From: Eledone cirrhosa
Lineage: Eukaryota
Length of the DNA: 64,000 nucleotides
Direction: 5' to 3'
Assembly (NCBI GenBank): GCA_964016885.1
Contig: OZ024740.1
Span: 99,944,001-100,008,000 of the forward strand
Shown here: positions 1-13,342 of the stretch, piece by piece
Position numbering within the stretch: the stretch's first letter is position 1
How the letters are laid out: every line of letters starts with the position of its first letter
The notes under the pieces: generated by a model
Database searches by the model: none
Told to the model about the DNA's origin: nothing
Seen by the model: only the letters and a program-made list of their open reading frames with translations
Position numbers and translations under genes: made by a program

Positions 1-52
1 GGAGATCATCCCTCATTTAAATGGTACTTCAAACATGATAGTATAGATCTAA

Positions 53-395
53 CATGGCTGAGTGGTTAAGAAGTTTGCTTTGGAATCATAAGGCTCCAAG
101 TTTAATTCCATTGTTTGACAACTGAGCAAATGCCATTTACTATCATACTGGGGCCACACTAAAACTCCCTGAGAGAGTTACATTAATGGCATGCTGTCAG
201 AGGAATTCTCAGTCGTTTGCATGCTAATTTCATGAGCACTGTCCCTCTGAGCAAAAAACTGGACATGATTCTGTCGTTGAGGAGTTTGCTTCACAACCAT
301 ATGGTTTGGGGTTCACTCCCACTGTGCAGCAACTTCGGCAAGTGACTTCTACTATAGCCTCGGGCTGACTAATACTTTGTGAGTGGAAATTGAAT
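53..395 (+). mobile_element. Two degenerate tRNA-derived SINE copies
   Basis: A-box-like TGGCTGAGTGGTTAAG at ~55, B-box-like GGTTCACTCCC at ~310, and shared body (GGCAAGTG..CTTCTACTATAGCCTCGGGC); related remnants near 8010, 21700 and 24140. Confidence 0.55.
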
Positions 396-419
396 TTGCA
401 ATCATTAAGTGTGGAACAA

Positions 420-800
420 CATGAAATAATCCATGTGGTCATGTATTTTTAACAATGTGGCTAGCTCCATTGCTTCCGTATGTATATTGTTATATGTTGC
501 AATGTTATTTTCCCGTATATGTTTTTGATATTGTTAGACAGGAGCCTGTTGTATTTTGTGGTGCTTGTCTTGTATATGTTCTTTGTTTTAACAGTGAGAA
601 TTTTTATATCAGGAGATTGTTTAAATGGTGTCATGTAATTATTCTAACTATTTCTGAAAAAAGAGGAGTGGTGCCAAAACCTTTTTAATCAGCTGAAAGA
701 ATTCCACTTCAAAGTTCTCAAAATTGTTTATCTAAGAAGGGTTACTTTTGTGACTTAAATCCAAATTTATCTCCTGGTATGTTGGTGAACACATTCTAAA
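420..800 (-). mobile_element. Penelope-like element (Naiad-like) N-terminal ORF fragment, degenerate
   Basis: Manual minus-strand translation with stops/frameshifts: FGFKSQK..FEVEFFQLIKK...VKTKNIYK...YNRLLSNNI...EAMELATLLKIHD, matching the PLE pre-RT region also seen at 39231-39656 (FGFK, DKTGNLY). Confidence 0.6.
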
Positions 801-1129
801 ATCAGTAAACATTCAAGTGTATCTACATGATAGTGCGTTCCATGGTCTCAATAAGATGTGTTATTTAAAGCTTCCTTGAAGATATCTGAATGTTGTTCAG
901 CAGATATACAACAAGGCTGCCACTACATCATTAATCTTTTTATCATCTTAGATAAAGATAGGGCTCAACAAATGGATCTGTTATGCAGATAGGTATACAA
1001 ACAGAATATAAGTGCATGCAACACTTGTCGCAATGATTAAAACTATATATGGGTATGAAATGATGATGGGTTAGGTAGTGTAGTCATTCTATCAACTGAG
1101 AAATAGATACATAAAGTAATAGAGGAAAT

Positions 1130-3130
1130 TAGTATGACAAAACTATGAAGCAAGAATAATTGAAAGGAATAGAATGGTGACAATTACCTCTATATATGCA
1201 TCCCAAGCAGGACTGTAAAGAACGAAAGGACTGTTTCTATGAAGAGATTTTACAAACAACTTCAGTTACTAATGGCAGAGGACTCATCATCATGGCAAGC
1301 GACTTCAATGGACATGTTGGGCAGTACCATGATGGAGTCATTGGAATTACATGGTGGATATGATTATGGCTGAAGTAAGGAAGTAGGAGTTAGGCTCCTA
1401 GAATTTTACGATCCAAATGAACTAACTAGTTGCAATACTAGTTTCAGGAAACCTGTTAGCCATCTAATCAAATACCAATCAGAATAATACACAAGCCATA
1501 TTGACATCTTACTTGTAAGAAAACAAAATAGACAGAGGGTTATAAATGCTAAGACAACCCTCAATACAATACAAAAAGTTAAATATTAGCAACAACAGAA
1601 TAAACACTAGCCAAAACAAGGCATGCAGGAATATATGGAGATCGGGGTGTTTGGAACCTAAAGAACCTGTCTGTTAATAGGTTTAGAAAGGCTCTACAGG
1701 ATGTATATGATGAGAGGAGAGAGAAATTAGGTACATATGATAGAAAAGACAGTTGAAAATGTGTATGTGATAACCTATTGCTAACTACTGATGAGACTAG
1801 TGGATGGGGCAAATCACCAGCCAGACAGAAGATGAATTGGTGTGGAATGGTATAGTAGATAGAGCCTTTAAGGTCAGGAGACGGGTGTGGAAAGAATGGA
1901 AAAATGGTGGTAACAGGGACCAGTATGAGGTAACTAACAGAGAAACTAAATGACAAGTATACATACCATGGAAAGAGGCAGAAAGAAGAAAGTTTGCCAA
2001 TGCCTTGAAATGTGAGGACTAGAGATTGAGGTGTTCCACATTGCAAGGTGCACTTAGCATCACTAATTTTCAAAAGAAAGAGGCCTGGAAATACTACTAT
2101 GTGAGGCACCTAAATGTGGAGGGAGGAAGAGAGACTGCTCACAGCCAACCCAAAAGACGGACCAGCTATTGAAATCAATAGTTATGAGGTCAAAGAAACA
2201 ACCAAAGAGATAAAGAATGGTAAAGCCATGTGAGATTTAGACAGAATTGCTGATATGCTAAAGGCATTGGAAGAAGTAGGGGCTGAACTCAATGCTCATA
2301 GTCAGTCATGTAATACAGGACAGAGTCATACCCAAAGACTGGGTCAGTAGTGTAATCATAAATTTCTACAAGGGAAAATGTGATGCCTTAAAACGCTGAA
2401 ACTACAGAGGAGTAAAACTAATGGACCAAATTATGAAAGTGACAGAAAGAGTTATAGCACTGCTAAGAATCAAATTAGATGAGATGCAGTTCAGTTTTAT
2501 GCCAGGGAGAAATACAACAGATGTCCTCTGCTTCATGAGACAACTACAAGAGAAGTTCCTAGCCAAGAATAAGCCACTTAGTTTTTGTTGATCTAGAAAA
2601 AATCCTTTGACAAAGTATATTGATCTATCATTTTGGAGTTCCTGTGCAAGCCATATACAGAGGAGTTGTCAGTAAAATTGGATTAGGAAAGGAGTTTAGT
2701 GAAGAATTCAAGGTACAGGTAGAAGTTCATTTAGGGTTCAGTCTTCAGTCCATTTCTATCCATTACAGTTCTCTAGGCCATAACAGACGGGTTTAAGACT
2801 ATACTGAGGATCTGTTTCTTATAGCTGAATCTGTAGAAGAACTAGCAATTAAGTTCTGACTATGGAAACAGAATTTACAATCAAAAGGGCTGAGAGTAAA
2901 CTTAGAAAAAACTAAAATATTAGTAAGTAGGAAAGAAGACAAAACCCTGACCTCAACAGCTAATTGGCTCTGTTTGATATGCAGAAAAGGAGCAAGCAGA
3001 AACTCTATACAATGTACATAATGGAAATCTTCATTATACAAGTGGTGGAGTGAGGTAGCAGGCCGACTTATAGGAATGGAAGACTTTGTATGTAATAAAT
3101 GCACAAAGGTAATTGATAGTTAGAGGAGTA
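1130..3130 (+). mobile_element. RTE-clade LINE, degenerate (APE endonuclease + RT)
   Basis: Broken frames with DFNGHVG, F.KP..HLI, W.S..I..FYKGK.DAL, NYRGVKLMDQIMKVTERV, FVDLEK..FD; homologous to the copies at 9700 and 60615. Confidence 0.85.
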
Positions 3131-3471
3131 GAGATATAATCTTTCTCCACTCACATGAATGATCCATAGAATTGGTTGGTGGAGGTGGTGAGATCTGATC
3201 TCAAATCGTTGAAATTCACAAAGGAGATGTTGCAGGAACACAACGAGTGGAGAGATGCTGTGCCGAAAAGGACCAATCCAAAACATGCACTGGAGTAATT
3301 GCTGGCCTTGTACCAAAAGTAGAAACAATTATTACCATCAGTTGGTTTAAGAGAGTTTAAGAGAACTGGGTTTAAGAAAAGTATTGTTTGAAACTAAATA
3401 TAGGACCAGTAAGGAAATACGAGAAAATCTTTAATAAAGATGATTAAATTCAAACACAGTTGTGCTTCTAG

Positions 3472-3502
<31 letters not shown>

Positions 3503-4559
3503 ACACAAATATGTATTATATATATTCCCATTTGTAAAACAAAATATTCTGATATCTGATTTGATGTGTGTGTATGTGTGTGTAAACAGATAGCAGTCAG
3601 GGTTGAGATGGGAATGTATATATTAATGAGGTAATAAAGATGTAAAGTATCGGAAATTAAGTAAAACATGGATGTTGTTGTTCTTTAGTCCTAACTGAGC
3701 AGACCTATACTCAAAGACATTCCAAACATGACCATCCAGTTTTTTTTTTAGTCAGACATTATCAAATGTTGTTTTAAATATCATCCTACTTTCAAGCTTA
3801 TGATTAAAGAGAAATTTGGTTGTTACTTTTAGCAGGTCGCATGATCTTGTTGAGGCTCATTTCAGATTTTATCAACACAAGGAAATTATAGAATTTGAGT
3901 AATTGTTTTTATTTCCTAAACGCGAAATTGGACAATTCAAAAGTGTGAATAGAAAACGGAGCAAATTAAATACAAATTAGATGAAGATTATGTTGCCGTC
4001 TCATAAATGGTTATGGTTGAGACTAGTTGTGACCTTTGCAATCTACTAAATAGCTGGCTGTATTCACCAGCAAGTTTGTCTGATAAATAGAAATAGTATA
4101 ATTTCACTTGAGACATATAGCCGTGTCATGATTCTACAAGTGAAAGGATGTTACTACAGCAGCAAACAGAAATAAAATCACATTGTCAAGGGAAAGGTTT
4201 TCAGTGGGTTCACTTCTTATATTTTTATAGATAGCTTCTACTGTTCTAAATAAATTACTGTTTTTTAATGGTATTTAGATAAGATGTGACTTTTCTCTTG
4301 TGGCTATTTTGCCTGGATTCATGTCAGCAGAATACAAGTGAAAATATATTATTGTTTTAGGTTTTTAACCCTAGGTCAGTCCTGATAATGTTGACTTATC
4401 ATCAAAGACCATTCTTTTGTTTTTGTATATCCAGGACTATGTTGTCTTTGTGGCTGATGTGAAGAATATCTGGCTGCTATTTCTAGCAGATGTAGCAACA
4501 GCTTATTAACTTGAGAGAAAGGATGTTATAAAATTGGGAAAATAATATATAATATTATA

Positions 4560-4746
4560 ATTGTTTCTACTTTTGGCACAAGGCCAGCAATTATCCCAGT
4601 GTATTACTGGTATTTTATTTTATCGACCCCGTAAGGATGAAAGGCAAAGTTAACCTCGGCAGGATTTGAACTCAGACCATAAAGGGCCGTAACTCTTTGC
4701 TGCAAAGCATGGCGTCCGACCCTCTACCGATACTGCCAATTCACCG
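4560..4746 (-). mobile_element. tRNA-derived SINE (family A)
   Basis: Minus strand GGTGAATTGGCAGTATCGGTAGAG...GAGTTCAAATCC (A/B boxes) + GCCTTTCATCCTTACGGGGTCGATAAAAT; copies at 15575, 22850, 25515, 27640. Confidence 0.8.
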
Positions 4747-5939
4747 GGAAAATAATATATGATATTATAATGTCTGATAGAGTGTTGTTGAATATTTTAT
4801 TAAGCTTCCTCTTTATTCCTTTTAGTAACAGTTATATCATATTTATTATATTTTGTATTTATATTTCACAGGTGGAAATAACTATTGTTCAATTCTTAGC
4901 AATGAAAATTAAATGTTCCAAATAATTTTATGTATTTAAAGGTTATTTCCTTCATTTCAGGCATGTGTTTATATTCGTATATCATCAGTGTAGCGTTGTA
5001 ATCATCTCAACCCACATCATCATTATCTTCATTATCATCATCATCATCAATCATGAACATCAGCATCATCATCGTCATAATCACCATTTTACATAAATTT
5101 TCCAGGTTTGCATGGTTAGATAGGCCAATACCTTTTGAGGCCAGACATGTCAGATTACTGAATCATGTGCAAACGTTGTATTTTTGGATGTTCTTCCTAA
5201 TGTCAACCACTACATCGTGTACCAGGAGCATTTTATCATGGCACTACCACTACCACATAACAAGTTGAACTGTGTTTGAACTGTGTGCTTTTGTCAGTAC
5301 TACCACTTTACAGACCATGCTAGATGCATTTATCCTAGCGCTAACAATACTACTTTACAGATGGTGCTGGATGAATTTATCATGGCACCGGCACTACCAA
5401 TTTACAGTATGAGCTGAGCACATCTTATTGTCCACCAGTTGCTCAGGATTAGGACTAACCTTGCAGCCAATTTAATAAGCATACAATTTAAAGAATCATA
5501 TTCAATGCAAGAATTTAAGCATTTACTAACTATGTAATCTAAAATTGAAGACATTTTACTATGTGTGTGTGAGGAGGTGGAGCTGTAGTTACGTTACCAC
5601 TGCCCGTTGTATGAAAATAACTCCATTATTTTCAATTATAAGAAGTTTATTTTTAAGTAAAGTACCCACCTTGGGCTTTTGTAGATGGGAATGTCATCCA
5701 TTACATCTTTAAAACTTTCTGTCCTACATTTAACTGAAACAGAAGACAATTTCTGCCAATGATTTTTCAGCATTTGAATGTGTTGGTTATCTTATATAAC
5801 CTATACGGTATAATTACAATATATGTCATCACCACCCATCAAGTTCATCATCGTCATCATCATCATCGTCATCATCATCGTCATTTTAATGTCCACTTTC
5901 CCTACTAGTAAGGATTGTTCTCACATAATTTTGACTTTT

Positions 5940-6200
<261 letters not shown>

Positions 6201-6505
6201 ATGGAGGCACATGGCTTAGTGGTTAGAGCATTGGCATTGCAATCGAAAGGTTGTGAGTTCAATACTCAGACCGGGTGATGTGTTGTTTCCTTGAGCAAGA
6301 CACTTTATTTCAGATCGCTCCAGTTTACTCAGCTGTAGAAATGAGATGATAGGGACTGGGGTCCATATCATTCCACTGTAAAGTGGACGTGTAGGCGCCA
6401 TGGAAAAAAAAGCACCCAGCACTCACTGTAAATGAGGTTGGTGTTAGGAAGGGCATCTAGCTGTAGAAATCAAATCAGGGAAAAGTGGAAATGAAATGAA
6501 TGAAT
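6201..6505 (+). mobile_element. tRNA-derived SINE (family B) with RTE-like tail
   Basis: TGGCTTAGTGGTTAG A box, GAGTTCAATACTC B box, CCTTGAGCAAGACAC body, GTTAGGAAGGGCATC module, (ATGAA) tail; near-identical copies at 12965, 50638, 58243. Confidence 0.85.
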
Positions 6506-6523
6506 ACATATATATATATATAT

Positions 6524-6690
6524 AGACGGTAGCCACGGAATAGGCAGACCCAGAAAAACCTGGGACGAGCTGATAAACTCCGACCTCACACACTTACACC
6601 TCTCCAAGACAATGTCGCTGGACCGAGACCTTTGGCGGTACTCAGTAATAGAGAAGACCCGCCTTACCTAAATACAAAGTAAAACCTACT
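6524..6690 (+). mobile_element. RTE LINE 3' end fragment
   Basis: Translates GRPRKTWDELINSDL...DRDLWR, the typical RTE C-terminus. Confidence 0.75.
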
Positions 6691-6714
6691 ACAGTCAGTA
6701 GGCATCTCTAACAA

Positions 6715-7052
6715 AATACACCCCCGTCCCACCACCCCCACCCCATCCACACCACCCCCTTCTATGTAAAGTTATGTTGGTGCCACACCATCCAGGCCGA
6801 AACAAATGAGATCGTGTAGGTGTCACGACAAAAAACACACAGTCCACGCTGTAATGTGGCCGTGTAGGCAACACGGTAAAAACCTCCCAGACCCACACTG
6901 TAAACGTGGTTGGTGTTAGGAAGGGCATCCTACTGTAGAAAACCTGCCAGACAGTCCTATGCGAGCAGTCCTGTATCTTGCCTCAAGTGGGAAAACCCCC
7001 ATCCAAACCCATGCAAGCGTGGAACACGGACGTTAAACGTTGATGATGATGA
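6715..7052 (+). mobile_element. Non-autonomous RTE-related repeat (UTR modules + (GAT)n tail)
   Basis: Near-identical to 11365-11718; ends GGACGTTAAACGTTGATGATGAT. Confidence 0.7.
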
Positions 7053-7538
7053 TATTCACTCACCTATTGACTTGTAAAAGTTGTGAAAATGATCGAAATA
7101 TCACAAAATCAAATCCAACCAGCGTGCTACTTCTATATCACTGTCTAATTGCCTGTTGGTATTTAATGTCTCGAAAGGTTTTAGGTTCTACCATTGATTA
7201 CTGTCTCACCGTATTTGCCATGACACTTGGAGTGCTACCATTCGATTGTATAACGATTCAAGACAGATTTTCTCTAATAACCAATTTTTTCACTAACTTG
7301 TTAATTTGTGTTTCACTTGAGATATGTTGGTTGAATTTTATGGAGGGGCTGAAGCATAGAATCTCCACTCCTATCATCACGTAAACTTCTGAACCAGTGG
7401 CAATCGGTTGACGGTATTTTGATGACGTTAGGGATTTCAGTTACTAATGTACTACTGTGCTGACGCATTCACTGCCATAGGCGGTATGAACTGGAATCAA
7501 ATTCTGTTGATTGATTAGTTATTGATTGATTACACAAG

Positions 7539-7651
7539 ACCCGCTGATGAAGCCATATGTACCAATTGTGCATTGTTGTTTAATAAATGCAGACAGTAGA
7601 TAGTGTATGGTCTCTTGCTGCATTAAGTGGGGCCAAAACTTGAGTACGGGT
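7539..7651 (+). ncRNA. Degenerate type I hammerhead ribozyme (G12A)
   Basis: ACCCG-CTGATGA-AGCC...GGCC-AAAA-CTTGAG-TA-CGGGT; stem I intact, GAAA mutated to AAAA. Confidence 0.55.
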
Positions 7652-8814
7652 ATAAATTTATGGTACCCATTTACATGTGTTGTATTGAGGCAAATAACTT
7701 TGTGTCTACTCTGGGAATTTTAAATAACTTTACCTATTGGATATGCTGAGATGCAACCAATACTAGCAGGGAAACCTTATGCTAGTCTTGTCAACTTATT
7801 ATATATATACATTTGAAAAACTGTTCCAGTTGGCTAATTTTAGACATAATGAATGAGAAAATGTGGCCAAAGACCATGGAAAAATGGACAAAACACAGGA
7901 TGCTTCCTTCTCATCAGTCAATCACTGGAGGTTCTCCTGGTTTGGGGTCTTTAAAGTTGATATATGTGTGTGTGTATGTATATATATTTATATATATACA
8001 TGCATTACATTGCTGAGAGCTTAATCTTGTGTCTCCAGTTCAGTCTCATTTTATAGCATCTTGGGTGAGTGTCATTTATTATAGTCTTGCTTCAACCCAA
8101 GCTCCATGTTTGAAATTGGACAGAAGAAAACTGTGAGGATGCCTGTTGGATAGATTGCACCAGATAATCAATGATGCAACATTGTATGACCAAGCAGGCT
8201 GTTCGGTTGATAGAATAATAGGACATTCATATGTCATTCTTGACACGTATGCAAATGTATGTATTTATATATAACTTTTCTCTTGTTCTCTGGTGAAGAA
8301 ACTTTTCAAATATCTTTATATTTTTATCAAAACAATGAAGATAAGATACCAACCGAGGAGTCATTAAATTATATTGTTCAACATAACACAATTATAGATT
8401 TTGTATATTTTCCTTGTGTAAACTAGTCTTCTCGGGTGTCCACTCAAACCAATTTGAACTCTTTTGCATATACATACAGACAAAAACACACATATACTAA
8501 GACAAATAATACACCTGGACACAAACAGATACACATATCCTAACACAATCACGCAAAGATAAAATAACACATACACATATGTGCAGTGAAACAAATTACC
8601 TTCGTCTCCGGATATACAGACAAAGTGAAATTTCTCTGGAAAATTTAATCTCATGTTTTACAATAGAATAACAAGATCATGTTAACAATTCTTAAATTGA
8701 GAACTACTCTGTCTTTTTATCTTAGACTCTCTCAACAAACGTAGTAATCATCATACTGTTCTCAATTGTGCAGAGGTGGTGTTTTATTAGTTCCTGTAGC
8801 ACATAAAGACATTC

Positions 8815-8972
8815 TAATGGTTAAATTCAGCAATGAAATAATAGGCATATTTAAGAAACACAATTCTAAAATAGCCATTAGCACAAATTTAAGAATTGTT
8901 AACTTTTTAGATATTAGGCTAAAACTGTCTACAGGCAAACACTATCCATACAGAAAACCAAATAAGGAATAA
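8815..8972 (+). mobile_element. Penelope-like RT thumb fragment
   Basis: IIGIFKKHN..I...NL..VNFLDIRLKLSTGKHYPYRKPN, compare VVNYLDVTLNL..YPYRKPN at ~38550; ends at a TA tract. Confidence 0.8.
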
Positions 8973-9093
8973 ATATATATATATATATATATAGTTCAAG
9001 GAAACAACAAACAGAGGTACACAAAGTCTTATTAGATTCATGCTTTATATGTAAAAGGGCAGAGAAAGTTCAATGTGTCCTTTAATGATAATA

Positions 9094-9166
9094 CTGTGAT
9101 ATATATTTCAATGATGACATTGGGCACACACTTCCGTGTACCCCATGCCGTGACATCCTCAGACAG
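9094..9166 (-). ncRNA. Type I hammerhead ribozyme (minimal stem III)
   Basis: CTGT-CTGAGGA-long hairpin-GAAA-TATATA-TC-ACAG; palindromic stem III, UC cleavage site. Confidence 0.7.
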
Positions 9167-9699
9167 CTTCTTAGATAATAAGGTCATGTTCCCGAGGCAA
9201 ATCCAAATTAGATCGACAAGGGAATGGACAAAGCGGCTGTTCTAGATTACTTTGCCCGTTCCCTTGTGAGATCCAATTCACCCCCAGCGGCTTGCGCAGG
9301 CGCAAGTTCGAAGGAGGTTGACCATCCACTACCCCAAAACACTGCGAATATAAGGGAATATAATGTTATTATATACACTAAGAGAATATAAACTTAATTC
9401 TCGATATTATGGTTTCACAATGGAAATTATGATTGAAAATTAGAAATTAGAAAATTACAAGCTAAAATCTTGATTGAAATAAATAAAAAATATATATATA
9501 TATACAATAACTAATAAATAGGGAGGTGTTTAAATTATAGTAAGAATATATATATGAGTCCAAATAGGTTGCAAAGTCGGGGTGCTAGTGGGGATAAGCT
9601 CCCACTTCAGTTAAGCCTGTAATGCATAGACGGTTGTCCGCCTTGCTTCTTCTGGACATCACCAGAGGGCGTTAACCCTCTGGTGTTTGCATAGTTACG

Positions 9700-11330
9700 G
9701 CTTCCATCAGTTTTATGCCACTATAATTGATCCTCTCCAGGGCATCCCCTTTAACTTTGTAGCAATTTATGAGAATACTGCTGCACCAGTCTTTGGGTAT
9801 GACACCGTCATGTATAGCCTGTTTGATGATGCGTGCAACCGGTTTAGTGCCTACGTCCCCTGATGCATTCAGCATCTCAGCAACTATCCCCGACGGTCCG
9901 GCAGCCTTACCTCTCTTCATTTCCTTAATTGCCTCTTGGACCCTATATTCGTCAATCTCAATAACTGGTCACTCTGTCGGATCTACTGAGGGTAATTTCT
10001 CTCTCTCTCATTCATTCTCCACATTCATCAGTGTCTAATAATGACATTTCCAGGCCTCCTTCTTTTGATCATTCGTGACACTAAGTACACCGGCATCATT
10101 CTGGACACACTTATCTCCAACAACATACTGATTTGCACTGACACACTGCCTTGCAATGTGGAACACAGCACATCTCTGATCTTCCCATCGCAGACCATTG
10201 GCAAACCTCCTACTCTCATCCTCCCTGCGAGCTAAGTACACCTGATGTCTAGCTTCTCTCTTAGCGGCTGTATATCCATCTCTACTCCCACCATTTTTCC
10301 AGGCATTCCATGCTAGTCTTTTGTCTCTAATGGCCCTATCTACCGTGCTGTTCCATCACCAGGTTACTCTCTGTCTGGTTGGAGCTCTGCTCCAGCCACA
10401 TGTTTCTTTAGTAGCATGCAGTAAGTTGTCACGTAAGAAATTCCAGTTACCATCTATGTCATACAACTCTAAATTGTCTTCTTTTTCGTCATACACATCT
10501 TGAAGCGCTTTCCTAAGTTTGTATTTTAGTGAAAGGTCTTTTAGCTTCCAGACCTTTTTTTTCCACACCATCCTCTATGTCTCATTCCGTCTCTTGCTCA
10601 CTGAGATATCACGAACGACTAACCTATGCTGTGGGTTACATGCTTCCCCGGGGTATGCCTTGGTATTTGACACAACCTGTCTGTCTTGCTGCCTAACTAG
10701 CAAGAAGTCAATCTGGTTTATGTGCTCACCTGATGTGTAGGTTATTAGGTGGTTGGCAGGTTTCTGGAAGTTAGTGTTGCAAATGGTTAGTGCACTTGCA
10801 TCACAAAATTTAAGAAGCCTCACTCCTTCTTTATTTCTTGAGCCGTAACCATGCCCACCATGTACCCCAGTGTAACCATGCTGGAGCTATCAAATGACCA
10901 TTGAAGTCCCCAGCTAGCATAACGATGTCTCCGTCCTCTGTCTTTGCGGCTGTTTTTAAAAGTTGCTCGTAAAAGCAGTCTTTCTCTTCTTTACCTAGGC
11001 CTGCTGGGGAGCATAGGAAGAGATGCTAGTCTCTTGCCTACAATTAATCTAAGCTTAATTATTCTATTACTAAGTCGAACTACCACTATTGTCTTATCGA
11101 GCCATCTCTCAGCCAGTAATATGCCTACTCCCCCTAACCCATCATCATTACCCACCCAGAAAAGATTATACCTAAGATGTTTGCCTGCGCTTACTCTTGC
11201 AGAGGCACCTCTCCATCTCACTTTTTGCACGCAGCACACATCCACATGCCTTCTCTCCAGCATCTCCACTATTTCACCAGATCTACCTGTGAGAGTGCCA
11301 ACATTAAGTGTGGCAACTCTGAGATGTTAC
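9700..11330 (-). mobile_element. RTE-clade LINE fragment (EN to start of RT)
   Basis: ORFs: EMLERRHVDVCCVQ.VRWRG, GGVGILL, NTNFQKP..HLITY, GKAAGPSG, DWCSSILINCYK.KGDALE. Confidence 0.9.
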
Positions 11331-11364
11331 GTCTTCATATTCTTATATATATATATGTGTGCAT

Positions 11365-11718
11365 TACACCCCGTCCCACCACCACCACCCCCACCCCATC
11401 CACACCACCCCGTTCTATGTAAAGTTATGTTGGTGCCGCGCCATCGAGGCCGAAACAAATGAGATCGTGTAGGTGTCACGACAAAAAAAACACACAGTCC
11501 ACGCTGTAATGTGGCCGTGTAGGCAACACGGTAAAAACCTCCCAGACCCACACTGTAAATGTGGTTGGTGTTAGGAAGGGCATCCAACTGCAGAAAACCT
11601 GCCAGACAGTCCTATGCGAGCAAGACAATCACTCTTGCCTCAAGTGGGACTACCCCCGTCCAAACCCATGCAAGCGTGGAACACGGACGTTAAACGTTGA
11701 TGATGATGATGATGATGA
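11365..11718 (+). mobile_element. Non-autonomous RTE-related repeat, second copy
   Basis: Near-identical to 6715-7052. Confidence 0.75.
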
Positions 11719-11722
11719 TATG

Positions 11723-11763
<41 letters not shown>

Positions 11764-11772
11764 GTATATATG

Positions 11773-11805
<33 letters not shown>

Positions 11806-12082
11806 GTATATACATATATGTATATATGTGTATATACATATATGTATATATGTGTATATACATATATGTATATATGTGTATATACATATATGTATATATG
11901 TGTATATACATATATGTATATATGTCTATACACATATATGTATATATGTGAATATATATATATATATATATGTATATGTGTGTGTATATATATATGTGTG
12001 TGTGTATATATATATATGTGTGTATATATATATGTATATATATATATGTATATATATATGTATGCATATATATATGTGTATA
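11718..12082. repeat. Compound (TA)n/(TATG) low-complexity tract with ~24-bp higher-order unit
   Basis: TATATATGTGTATATACATATATG repeated several times. Confidence 0.9.
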
Positions 12083-12179
12083 TTGTAGGAGGTGAGTTTT
12101 ATTGTTTTATTGTAGCACAATAAACCAATGCAAATATCGAATAAGTAGCACTCAACAGTTTATAGGACTGGAGTATAAA

Positions 12180-12570
12180 TAATATAAGATCAAAAGATGG
12201 TTAAAAGAGTTCCATGTATTTTATTATGCGCATTTCAAAAACAAATATCATCATGGGATGATATTTGCGTCCTCATCCGATAAAATAGGGAGACATGATA
12301 TGAAGCTTAAAAAACACTTGTGAGCAGTGAAGTGTTAAATAAATATATATATATTGATTTAACACTAAATTAATCAATATATATTGATTTAATCAATATA
12401 TATATATTGATTTAACACTTCACTGCTCGCAAGTCTTTTTTAAGCTTCATATCATGTCTCCCTATTTTATCTGATGAGAACGCAAATATCATCTCATGAT
12501 GATATTTGTTTTTGAAATGCGCATAATAAAATACATGGAATTCTTTTAACCATCTTTTGATCTTATATTA
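12180..12570. repeat. Inverted pair of PLE-LTR-like modules (~160-bp arms)
   Basis: 12180-12340 is an imperfect reverse complement of 12410-12570; third copy at ~33630-33790. Confidence 0.9.
12463..12533 (+). ncRNA. Type I hammerhead ribozyme
   Basis: TATTTTAT-CTGATGA-(CAAATATCATC/GATGATATTTG stem II)-GAAA-TGCGCA-TA-ATAAAATA; the mirror copy at 12217-12287 has core CGGATGA. Confidence 0.85.
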
Positions 12571-12964
12571 TATATGTATATATATACATGTATATATATG
12601 TATGCATATATATATGTGTGTGTATATATATATAAATATATGTATATATATGTATGCATATATATATATTTGTGTGTATATATATATATGTGTGTGTATA
12701 TATATGTGTATATATATATATCATCATCATCATCATCATCACCGTTTTATGTCCGTTCTTCCACGCTAGCATGGGTTAGACGGGTTGTCCTGTTGTGGGC
12801 AGTGTCTGTTCGGCTGATCATGCCTTGCTCATACAGGAAATGATTTGGCTTGATTTCTACAGCTGGATGCCCTTCCTAACAGCAACCTCATTTACTGTGT
12901 GTGCTGGGTGCTTTCTCGTGGCGCCTACACGTTCAGTTTACATATATATATATATATATATGTA

Positions 12965-13305
12965 ATGGAAGCACATGGCTTAGTGGTTAGAGCATTGGCC
13001 TTGCAATCGAAAGTTTGTGAGTTCAATTCTCAGACCGAGTGATGTGTTGTTTCCTTGAGCAAGACACTTTATTTCAAATTGCTCCAGTTTACTCAGCTGT
13101 AGAAATGAGATGATAGGGAGTGGGGTCCATATCATTCGACTGCAAAGTGGTCGTGGAGGTGCCACGGCAAAAAAAAGCACCCAGCACTCACTGTAAATGA
13201 GGTTGGTGTTAGGAAAGGCATCCAGCTGTAGAAATGAAGCCAGCATCAGTTTCTGTCCCACCCTTGCAAGCAGGGAAAAAGCGGACGTAAAATGAAATGA
13301 TGATG
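12965..13305 (+). mobile_element. tRNA-derived SINE (family B)
   Basis: Near-identical to 6201-6505. Confidence 0.85.
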
Positions 13306-13342
13306 AATGCTGTATATCTATATATATATATATATATGTATA

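Noticed and set aside
6201-6275. tRNA gene
   Set aside because: The A/B boxes belong to multi-copy SINE heads and no complete cloverleaf is evident.
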